Source: an uncultured Acidimicrobiia bacterium (GTDB lineage: Bacteria; Actinomycetota; Acidimicrobiia; Acidimicrobiales; SZUA-35). Taken from it: DNA of 64,000 nucleotides. Below the pieces are notes generated by a model. That model was not told where the DNA came from. It did no database searches and saw nothing but the letters and a program-made list of their open reading frames with translations. Made by a program: the position numbers and the translations under genes. Of this stretch, positions 56,849-64,000 are shown one piece after another. How positions within the stretch are numbered: position 1 is the stretch's first letter; each line of letters begins with the position of its first letter. The stretch is taken from assembly GCA_965530755.1 (NCBI GenBank), contig CBESNA010000003.1:76848-140847 (forward strand). The letters run 5' to 3'.

Positions 56849-59488
56849 TCAGCCGGCGTTGACGCGCTGCAGGGCTGCTGAGACCCACGCCGCGTTCGGC
56901 CGGTGTTCGGTCTCGAGGAATCCGAGCAACGAGTCGGCTTTTCGCTTCAACTCGAAGCGTCGCTGATTCATCTCGTCGTTGAACACGTCGCCTGGCAGGA
57001 GTGGACCCCGATAGATCTCGAGGGCCGCGATCGCGGCCGAGCGAGCCTCGGTCGCACGAGTCCGCCGTTTGGCGTCGACCTCGACGATCCGGGATTCGAA
57101 CTCCATGACGTCGGTGGCCACATGAGCACCGAACGACACCGTCGTCGGCTCTCGGACCACCACGTCGGTACCGAGATACTGTCTCGCCTTGACCATGACG
57201 TTCTTCAGCCGTCGCGTTCCCAGCTTGCGGTCGGTGCCTGGCCACAGGAGCTCGACAATCGACTCCACAGACGCCATGCCGCCGTTGACGGCCAGCCACT
57301 TCACCAGTTCACGTACGTGACCTTCCGGCAACTCGATCGGACCTCGAGCGCCGGATACCACGAGCCCACCGAACAGATCCACCCGCAACGGCGCAGCGGC
57401 CACACCATCACCGAAGAGCTCCGGCGCAAGCACCGGCAGGAGCTCGGTGAGATCCAGCCGCTTGGCGTCCTTCTCGGCCTGGGTGACATCGACGTCGCCC
57501 CCGGCCAACGCATCGGCCCGAGCAAGCTCGAGCTCGATCCGCCAACGTCGATCGTTCGGCACGATGTCCATATGGTCGAGCTCCTGCCACCGCGCCAGGG
57601 CACCGCGCCGGTCGCCGGAGCGGGCGAGCACGATGATGTCGGCGAGACCCAGCTCGACCGGGTTGCTGTCGTCCATCGCCTTCAGCGATTCCAGCAGGCT
57701 GACCGCCTCGTCGATCGCTCCGACCTGGGCGAGGAGAACCGCCAGTTCGGATCCGACCAGCACGCCGGTGTCGGTCGTCCAAAGCGAACCGAGGAGGTCA
57801 CGCGTGGTTCGTACCTCTGAGCGCAGCTCGGAGATCGAGCGACGACTCGCTGCTTCGTAGGCCGATGAGAGATGGAGGTAGGCCTCGAGCCATCGAATGC
57901 CCGATCCGGCGACCACGAAACTCGCCTGCTGCAGCGAGCGTCGATGGGACTCCCAATCACAACATCGAGCATCGAACATGGCCTTGAACACCAGCGTCAC
58001 GCCGTAGTCGAAGGTCTGGGCGATGGCGAGTTTGGCTGCCCTGTCGAGGCGGGTCTGTGCCTCCCGGTAGTGACCCAGGTGCCAGAGCGGGCCGGCCGCC
58101 AATGCTCGAAGCGCCTTGGCCGCTCGCAGGTTCTCCTGCTGGAACTCCCATTCGGCGGCGACCTCCACAAACCGATCGGCAGCTTCCTGCACGATGTGGT
58201 TGTCCCTGGTCTGTCCGAGGATTTCGGCTTCGACCTCGCGCAGACGCGTCGGCAGCGGTCCGCTGTGCCCCACCTCAGCACGAAGCTCGGCGAGCTTGTC
58301 GGCCGCCTCCTCCTGAGAGATGGTTCGGTGTCGGTAGAAGAGCAGCTCGACCGAGGCTTCCAACCGGACGTGGTCGTGAGCCACGCTCGATTCGAGTGCC
58401 AGTTCACATGCCTCGACGCTGGCTGCGATCTCGGCGAGGTTGGCGTGGATTCGGGCCTGCTTCAGCGCCAGGCCCGGGTGATCCGGGACGTGACCGGCCA
58501 GAACGCGAAAAACTCCGAGCAGATCTCGTTGGTCGCTCATGTCGATGACTCGGCCGGGCAGCGCCTCGAGCAGCCGACACGTCTGTTCTTGTAGGCCACC
58601 ATCGAGAAGCGCGCGGCAAGCTGCGAGCAGCTCACCGTCGGCGACCAGCACGGGAGCGAGCGCTTCGGCCGCTGCCGGGTCGAGCGCGATGTCGGCGATC
58701 AGCTCGTGGTGGACCGGATCGACGAACCGGAGCTGTCCAGAACGAGTGCGGTAGATGCCCGGAGCGTGAGGAAGGACCGTCTCGGCGAACTCGACTCCTC
58801 CGATCGCGACGGCCGCCGCATCGCTGAAACGATCGAAGTGAGCCAGCTGGGCCATCCGGTATCGATCGGCCGGCTTGAACGGCGTCATCAGTCGTTTCAC
58901 GATCCGCCGTCGAAACGGCGGCATACCGACCGATCCGACCAACTGATCGACGCCAATCTCTTCATCGACGATCAACTCGCAGCATGCAAACAGCCAGGCC
59001 GGCCAGCCGTCGCTCAGCTGCACGAGAAGCTCCGCCACGCCCGCGTCCACCACCGCATCGCCGCACCGGTGACGGCCCATCTCGATCACGTCGGGCACCG
59101 TCATGCGGAGCGCTCCGCCGTCGATCAGAACCGTGGGCACCGGTTCATCGATGAGGACATCACCGGACACGCCGACGGGAAGGACCAGGATGGTGGAGCG
59201 GCCGGCATCAAAACGTTGGACCACGGTGTCCCGCCACCCTCGAAGACCGGCGTGGAGCGGCGATCGCAGAATGGCGGCCCGAGGCTCGAGATTGCCTTCG
59301 ATGTCGTCTGGATCGACGATCTCGACCGGATCGTCGAGCCGGTCGACGAGCGCGGCCAGGAATCGATCGGCCTCGAAGCCCTTGGGGGACTCCATCACGA
59401 CCAGTCCGACGTGAGACGCCGCCCGGTCGAGCGAGCCGCCCCTGTTTCCGGTCACGTCACCCACCACGCTTCGACAACCAGCAAGCAC
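56849..59488 (-). CDS. Large transcriptional regulator: degenerate STAND/MalT-like N-region, helical (TPR-like) repeats, C-terminal SARP module (OmpR-type wHTH + BTAD)
   Basis: The C-terminus LRVDLFGGLVVSG..VESIVELLWPG..VDAKR..AIAALEIYRGPLLPGD matches SARP/BTAD. The N-region has MalT-like LRMTVPDVIEM...SDGWPAWLFAC. SPKGFEADRF sits where a Walker A would be. The start (GTG 59488) is uncertain. Confidence 0.75.
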   Translation of the reverse strand: MLAGCRSVVGDVTGNRGGSLDRAASHVGLVVMESPKGFEADRFLAALVDRLDDPVEIVDPDDIEGNLEPRAAILRSPLHAGLRGWRDTVVQRFDAGRSTILVLPVGVSGDVLIDEPVPTVLIDGGALRMTVPDVIEMGRHRCGDAVVDAGVAELLVQLSDGWPAWLFACCELIVDEEIGVDQLVGSVGMPPFRRRIVKRLMTPFKPADRYRMAQLAHFDRFSDAAAVAIGGVEFAETVLPHAPGIYRTRSGQLRFVDPVHHELIADIALDPAAAEALAPVLVADGELLAACRALLDGGLQEQTCRLLEALPGRVIDMSDQRDLLGVFRVLAGHVPDHPGLALKQARIHANLAEIAASVEACELALESSVAHDHVRLEASVELLFYRHRTISQEEAADKLAELRAEVGHSGPLPTRLREVEAEILGQTRDNHIVQEAADRFVEVAAEWEFQQENLRAAKALRALAAGPLWHLGHYREAQTRLDRAAKLAIAQTFDYGVTLVFKAMFDARCCDWESHRRSLQQASFVVAGSGIRWLEAYLHLSSAYEAASRRSISELRSEVRTTRDLLGSLWTTDTGVLVGSELAVLLAQVGAIDEAVSLLESLKAMDDSNPVELGLADIIVLARSGDRRGALARWQELDHMDIVPNDRRWRIELELARADALAGGDVDVTQAEKDAKRLDLTELLPVLAPELFGDGVAAAPLRVDLFGGLVVSGARGPIELPEGHVRELVKWLAVNGGMASVESIVELLWPGTDRKLGTRRLKNVMVKARQYLGTDVVVREPTTVSFGAHVATDVMEFESRIVEVDAKRRTRATEARSAAIAALEIYRGPLLPGDVFNDEMNQRRFELKRKADSLLGFLETEHRPNAAWVSAALQRVNAG

Positions 59489-59539
59489 GTACCGTGACGG
59501 TACCCACCGGCGCGATGCTCCTCAACGGTGACACCGTTG
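59489..59539. promoter_or_regulatory. Two related perfect palindromes in the divergent promoter region
   Basis: GTACCGT-G-ACGGTAC (59489-59503) and CAACGGTG-A-CACCGTTG (59523-59539). Both are built from ACCGT/ACGGT half-sites. Confidence 0.4.
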
Positions 59540-59557
59540 ACGTCAGGAGAACAGCCC

Positions 59558-60292
59558 ATGGTGCGTGCAACCTATCAAACCCGCCTGAGCGCGATCATTC
59601 TCGGAATCCGTCCGACGGTGGCCCACGTGTACGGCAGCGCTGGCCGAACGCCGGCCGACAATCTGGCCCACCTCGGCATGGAGGCCTGGCACATCGGCCT
59701 CGGCCAGCTCCACACCGACCTGTGCACGGCCTCGACCCTGTCGGCAGGCGAGCTCTGGATGCAGGCGTGGATCGTCGACGAACTCGAACGCGATGCTCGC
59801 CGCTGGAGCGACGCATCTACGATGCTGGAGCTTCTGGCCGTCTCGCTCGGCCCGGCAACCGCCGATCCCCGCCATGGCCCCCGAGGTCGCCTGTTCTGGA
59901 ATCAATGGCAACGGAATCTCGTGCATCACCGACAGCGAGTCGAATCGGGCGCCGCCATCGCCAGCCATGACACGCAGGACCTGGTCGACCACGTCATTCA
60001 CCTCGTCCTCGAACACGATGGACCTCAGGCACTCCTCGATGACCTCGCAATGATCGGATCAGCGCTGGGACCATCCGGAGCTCCCTCTCCGTTCCGGCCG
60101 CTCTCGTCTCCGATCGAGCGACTCCAGCTCTCGGCGATCCTCGGCTCGGCCTACGACGACGAGCCGGTCTGCACGGCTGCCATGTCGCGGCTGCTGGAGC
60201 AGCGGGCGCCGTCGCTCCCTTGCCACGCCCAGACCAACCGTCGCCACGTCGTGCGGGGCTGGCGGTACGGATCGGCGACTCCGGGGCGCTGA
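59558..60292 (+). CDS. Hypothetical protein
   Basis: AGGAGA lies 7-8 nt upstream of ATG 59558. 244 aa, predicted helical, with no motif I recognise. Confidence 0.55.
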   Translation: MVRATYQTRLSAIILGIRPTVAHVYGSAGRTPADNLAHLGMEAWHIGLGQLHTDLCTASTLSAGELWMQAWIVDELERDARRWSDASTMLELLAVSLGPATADPRHGPRGRLFWNQWQRNLVHHRQRVESGAAIASHDTQDLVDHVIHLVLEHDGPQALLDDLAMIGSALGPSGAPSPFRPLSSPIERLQLSAILGSAYDDEPVCTAAMSRLLEQRAPSLPCHAQTNRRHVVRGWRYGSATPGR

Positions 60293-60296
60293 GCGC

Positions 60297-60653
60297 TCAG
60301 GCTGCGGCGACCTCTCGAGCCAGAATTTCACCGAAGCTGCGGTCGGGCGATGCGGCTTCGGTGAAGTCGGCTCGACGAGGCGTCCGAACGCAGTCGACAA
60401 CCGAGACTCGATGTGTCGCGATGTCGCCGCTGCTGATCCACGACCGCTGCGGGGTGCGTCGAGCGGCCGATGGTTGCTGCTGACGACCTGCGAGGGCGGT
60501 GCACTGAGCATCGACCAGCCGCTGGAACGCGCCGGCGTTGCCACCGTGGTCGGGGTGCGCCGTCCGAGCGATCCGCCGGAAGGCGCGCTTGATCTCGTCG
60601 ACGTCGGCCGACGGGGGGACGCCGAGCAATGCTCGAGCCGTGATCTCGTTCAT
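60297..60653 (-). CDS. Small J-domain (DnaJ-like) protein
   Basis: LLGVPPSADVDEIKRAFRRIARTAHPDHGG contains the HPD tripeptide. 118 aa from ATG 60653. I saw no Zn-finger or DnaJ C-terminal domains. Confidence 0.7.
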   Translation of the reverse strand: MNEITARALLGVPPSADVDEIKRAFRRIARTAHPDHGGNAGAFQRLVDAQCTALAGRQQQPSAARRTPQRSWISSGDIATHRVSVVDCVRTPRRADFTEAASPDRSFGEILAREVAAA

Positions 60654-60692
60654 GGGGACACCTTCCGTGGTGTTGGCCCTGCGGGGCCGATG

Positions 60693-60724
60693 CAGATCCT
60701 TCTGCGCACAGATCCTTCTGTGCA
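60693..60724. repeat. 16-bp tandem direct repeat upstream of the J-domain gene
   Basis: CAGATCCTTCTGCGCA / CAGATCCTTCTGTGCA, 40-70 nt upstream of the minus-strand ATG at 60653. Confidence 0.85.
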
Positions 60725-60777
60725 CGGAGAGTGTCGGACGGCCGCACAGCGGCGTGAGTCGGCTCAGCCGACCCAGA

Positions 60778-62277
60778 TCAACGACCGGCGGAAAACGCAG
60801 CATCGGCGATCGCCCGCAGCTCGCCAACGCGAATCTTCGTACCGTTCGCGCTCGGCGTCGTGGGAAACTCGTCAACCCTGACCACTGCGACCGGCACCTT
60901 GTAACGAGCAAGGCGGGCGCGACAAAACGAGATCACGAGTTCCGGATCTGGGTCATGGTCGGCGATCACGACTACGGCAGCCCGAACGCCCTCCGGTCGG
61001 GGCAGCGCCACCGCGACTGCCGCGCTGATGCCGTCCAACTCGAGCACCACTGCCTCGATCTCCGACGGATTCACGAGAAATCCTCCGAGACGGAGGACAT
61101 CACCGATGCGGGTCAGGAAGGTGAAGGTTCCATCCTCTTCGGCTCTGGCGAGGTCGCCGGTACGGAACCAACGCCGTCCCTCAGCTTCGCAGTGCGCGCC
61201 GGCAGTGAGTTGGATGTCGATCGAGGCTCCCCCATCGGCCAGGTAGCCGGTGAACAGACTCGGCCCGGAGAGCATGAGCTCTCCGTCGCTGCCCTCCGGC
61301 ATCGGTTCGTCGGTGTCCGGGTCGGCGATCCGGAATGCCGCAGCCTTCGACGCCACGGAGCCGCCGGCGCGTTCGCGTCCGGCCGTGTCCTCATGCGGGT
61401 CCCGGAGAGCGAACAACGCCTGCACCTCGCTCATGCCGTAGAGGCCGGTGAGGGTGACGCCACGGTCGGCAGCGAGCTCGACCACACCATCGAGGGAGGA
61501 GTTGAACCGCCCGTAGCCGCCAATGCGAAGAGAAGACAGATCGCGATCGGTCAGGAGCATTCGGTGAAACATGTCATCCGAGCCGTTCATCGCTGTGATC
61601 AGTTCCGACGCCACAAGGTCGGCGACCGCCTCGGCGTTGAACCGATCAGGGAGCCACACCTCGCTGTCAGCTGCGAGGGCGGCCATCAACGACACGAATC
61701 CGAACACGCCACAGAGTGGGAGGGCAACGAGCACACGATCGTCCGCGGAGTAACCGAACCGAAATGCGGCGTCGGCCGCGTGACGAGCGATCGATCGCTG
61801 ATCATGCAGCACCATCTTCGGCTGGCTGGTCGTACCGGAAGTTGTGAACACGATGAACGGGTCCCCGGGTTCCGCCGACTTGATGCGACCGTCGTCGTCT
61901 GGGATGACCACAGCTCCCGCCTCGACGACCCTCAGCGAGGATTTCCCCTCGACCGGACGCACTGCGTCCGGGTCGGAGTCGGTGATCACGAGCGACGAAC
62001 CCGAGCGGGCAAGGAGCGAACGAGCCTCGTCCGGCGAATACCGACGGTTCACCGAGACCAGCACGAATCGGCCTGCTGCAGCGGCAGCGATGCAGCGAAG
62101 GTAGGTCAGGCCGTTGTCGGCGTAGACAGCGACCCGATCGCCGGAGCGCAGCCCTTCGCGCTCCCAGGTTGTTGCCAGCCGGCGACCTTCCTCGGCCAGC
62201 CGACGACCGGCCACATCGCCGCTCGATGTGTGGAGCAGCGAAGCGGAGGATTCGAGAAGATCGAGCACCGTGAACAT
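60778..62277 (-). CDS. AMP-dependent synthetase/ligase (ANL adenylating enzyme)
   Basis: VFTTSGTTSQPKMV, YGMSEV, TGDLARAEEDGTFTFLTRIGD, NGTKIR. ATG at 62277. A hairpin GTCGGC-TCA-GCCGAC lies 6 nt past the stop. Confidence 0.85.
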   Translation of the reverse strand: MFTVLDLLESSASLLHTSSGDVAGRRLAEEGRRLATTWEREGLRSGDRVAVYADNGLTYLRCIAAAAAGRFVLVSVNRRYSPDEARSLLARSGSSLVITDSDPDAVRPVEGKSSLRVVEAGAVVIPDDDGRIKSAEPGDPFIVFTTSGTTSQPKMVLHDQRSIARHAADAAFRFGYSADDRVLVALPLCGVFGFVSLMAALAADSEVWLPDRFNAEAVADLVASELITAMNGSDDMFHRMLLTDRDLSSLRIGGYGRFNSSLDGVVELAADRGVTLTGLYGMSEVQALFALRDPHEDTAGRERAGGSVASKAAAFRIADPDTDEPMPEGSDGELMLSGPSLFTGYLADGGASIDIQLTAGAHCEAEGRRWFRTGDLARAEEDGTFTFLTRIGDVLRLGGFLVNPSEIEAVVLELDGISAAVAVALPRPEGVRAAVVVIADHDPDPELVISFCRARLARYKVPVAVVRVDEFPTTPSANGTKIRVGELRAIADAAFSAGR

Positions 62278-62392
62278 GGGGAGACACCAGCAAGCAAAAA
62301 CTCGTGTGTCAACCGACACCTCATGCGTTTCGCCGAACGTCCGATGGGTACGCTGTAATTCACTGCCAGCCGGGGTTCGGCGTTGCGGTCCG

Positions 62393-63133
62393 ATGCACTA
62401 CGCAAAGGTTATGGGGTTCGACTCCCTCCGATGGCACTACCGCCTCCTTCGCCTCCGGCGAACGGCGACGTTCTTCGGTTTCGGCGAGGCGAAGGACGCG
62501 GTGCGTACGCTGACCGCGATGGATGACCGAGGCGACGACGCAACACACGAGTTGTTCATCGTCGAAGGCGAGTCGGCGGCGGATGCCGTCGAGCACGTGT
62601 GCAACCCGACCAGCCAGCGCGTCCACCCGATCCAGGGCAAACCCATGAACGTCGTACGGGCTTCGGAGAAGACGATCTGGGCCAACGATCGCGTGCGGAT
62701 GTTGCACCACCGCATCGTCGGCAGCCCATCAGCCCATCTGGTCCCCGGCTACGTCCCGCTCGGCCGAGTGATCCTTGTCACCGACGCCAATGCCGATGGC
62801 GTCCACGCGAAGGCACTTCTTCTCGCGTTGATCGACGAGGTCATGCCGGAGCTCATTCGCGACGACCGGGTCTTCACGATCCGAGCCCCGACCTTCGGCA
62901 TCACGTGCACCGAACGCAGAACACCGGTCTTCGCCTATTCATCAGAAGGACGACAGAGCGTCATGGCTCAACTCGCCGACCGCGGAGCGACCAAACTGTC
63001 GACGCAGCACTACGCGGGCTTGGCCAGCATGAGCGCAGACGAGCTTTCATTCGCGTTCACCAACCGCGCAACGCGCCGGCTGTCCGCTCTGAACGCACCC
63101 CACGTCGCCGCTGCCAGAGCCGCACTCGGTTGA
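62393..63133 (+). CDS. Stand-alone GyrB/ParE C-terminal-half homologue (Toprim domain + tail), no ATPase/transducer region
   Basis: ELFIVEGESAADA (GyrB ELYLVEGDSAGGSA), QRVHPIQGKPMNVVRA (QAILPLKGKILNVEKA), VILVTDANADGVHAKALLLALIDEVMPELI ([30 protein letters not shown]), HYAGLASMSADEL (RYKGLGEMNPEQL). ATG 62411 is an alternative start. Confidence 0.7.
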   Translation: MHYAKVMGFDSLRWHYRLLRLRRTATFFGFGEAKDAVRTLTAMDDRGDDATHELFIVEGESAADAVEHVCNPTSQRVHPIQGKPMNVVRASEKTIWANDRVRMLHHRIVGSPSAHLVPGYVPLGRVILVTDANADGVHAKALLLALIDEVMPELIRDDRVFTIRAPTFGITCTERRTPVFAYSSEGRQSVMAQLADRGATKLSTQHYAGLASMSADELSFAFTNRATRRLSALNAPHVAAARAALG

Positions 63134-63136
63134 TGG

Positions 63137-63179
63137 GCACGCGGCTGATCCGCACGCGGCTGATCCGCACCGGCTTGAC
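63137..63179. repeat. 15-bp tandem direct repeat (2 perfect + 1 degenerate unit)
   Basis: GCACGCGGCTGATCC x2, then GCACCGGCTTGAC, starting 4 nt after the Toprim gene stop and upstream of mscS. Confidence 0.85.
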
Positions 63180-63248
63180 TAGCGTGCACACCATGCCGAC
63201 GCCGAGCCCGTTCATCGCCGACATCCACCACGCGTCCCCGAGCGCCAA

Positions 63249-64000
63249 ATGATCGCTCGGTTGCTGGCTCGGGTCGACATCCCGAATCCGATCGTCGACC
63301 GCTCGTTGAACAGTACGGATTGGCTGCGTGCCGGCGCCACCGTGATCGCAGCGATCCTCGGGGCCATTCTCCTCGGACGCGTCGTCCGTCACTTGATGGG
63401 ACGCTGGATCGGACGAGACTCCGCAGGGCTGATCACAAGCCGGCTGGTGTCCTACGTCGCCTTCACGGTGGGTTTCATCTATGCGCTCACCAGTCTCGGC
63501 GTTCAGGTGGGGCCGCTTCTCGGCGCACTCGGACTCGGCGGTCTGGTTCTGGCCCTGGCGCTGCAGAAGCCGGTGGAGAACTTCTTCGCCGGAGTGATTC
63601 TGCAGGCCCGCCGTCCGTTCACGATCGGCGACTCGGTACAGCTCGGCGAGCACCTCGGACTCGTCACCGACATCGACTCCCGTACCACCGTGCTGCGTTC
63701 GCTCGACGGGACGACAATCCGGATTCCGAACGCGAAGGTCACCGACGGCGACATCGTGAATCTCACCCGTGACCCTGTCCGTCGAAGCACGCTCGAGGTC
63801 GGCGTCGCCTACAACACCGACCTCGACGTTGCGACCGCTGCCCTCGGCATCGCTGTGTCGCGGGTGCAGCGCATCGTCCACGAACCGGCCCCCTTGGTGA
63901 TGCTCCGCGATTTCGGCGAGTCGAGCATCAACTTCTCGATCTACTACTGGCACGACAGCGACGTCCCGTCCGAGTTGGCAGCTCGACACGACCTCGTCCT
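63249..64000 (+). CDS. Mechanosensitive ion channel (MscS family), 3' end outside window
   Basis: The frame is open from ATG 63249 to the window edge, which is why it is absent from the track. GLGGLVLALALQKPVENFFAGVILQARRPFTIGD and LDGTTIRIPN are typical of MscS. Confidence 0.85.
   Translation, partial: MIARLLARVDIPNPIVDRSLNSTDWLRAGATVIAAILGAILLGRVVRHLMGRWIGRDSAGLITSRLVSYVAFTVGFIYALTSLGVQVGPLLGALGLGGLVLALALQKPVENFFAGVILQARRPFTIGDSVQLGEHLGLVTDIDSRTTVLRSLDGTTIRIPNAKVTDGDIVNLTRDPVRRSTLEVGVAYNTDLDVATAALGIAVSRVQRIVHEPAPLVMLRDFGESSINFSIYYWHDSDVPSELAARHDLV

Noticed and set aside
62338-62445. A tRNA/tmRNA T-arm-like GGTTCGACTCC (62414-62424) and three loosely similar TCCGATG.. direct repeats near the Toprim gene start.
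   Set aside because: I could not build a complementary acceptor stem, D-arm or anticodon arm; the flanking TCCGATGG copies are direct, not inverted. The segment reads through as the N-terminus of the Toprim ORF.
63193-63252. A 19-codon upstream ORF (MPTPSPFIADIHHASPSAK) whose stop overlaps the mscS ATG (ATGA).
   Set aside because: There is no RBS-like sequence, and it is the tail of a long out-of-frame shadow ORF (62599..63252). It probably arose by chance, although Ribo-seq could test for a leader peptide.

Overview
This is a GC-rich, gene-dense chromosomal segment that looks actinobacterial. The signs are an ECF sigma factor, an MMPL transporter, a DUF222-HNH gene, a SARP/BTAD domain, many GTG/TTG starts and frequent 4-nt start/stop overlaps. 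I support about 55 protein-coding genes. I could not recognise any rRNA, tRNA, CRISPR array, transposase or integrase. The content falls into four groups. (1) Housekeeping genes: proS, trmL, a DEAD-box helicase, PolX, a RecQ-like helicase, folD and uppP. (2) Transport genes: aqpZ, two MFS transporters, a FetAB-type ABC exporter, MMPL and MscS. (3) A three-gene, translationally coupled, synthase-type exopolysaccharide operon. (4) A one-carbon / methylated-amine oxidation gene set split over two loci: a non-pyrrolysine MttB-family methyltransferase, two DMGDH/SARDH-family enzymes, EtfAB, FolD, Fhs, an MTHFR-like protein and a GntR regulator. Four items deserve the closest second look. (a) An unannotated 36-codon ORF with a Sec-signal-like N-terminus lies convergent with an 879-aa regulator that has a degenerate-STAND region, helical repeats and a C-terminal SARP module; this may be a peptide-signalling cassette. 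(b) A free-standing protein matches only the C-terminal Toprim+tail half of GyrB/ParE. (c) A small hairpin repeat family shows compensatory stem changes, and one copy frameshifts a DUF222-HNH gene. (d) The MttB-family gene has no corrinoid-protein partner in the window. All family calls come from motif recognition by eye. No database search or computation was possible, and start codons are best guesses.
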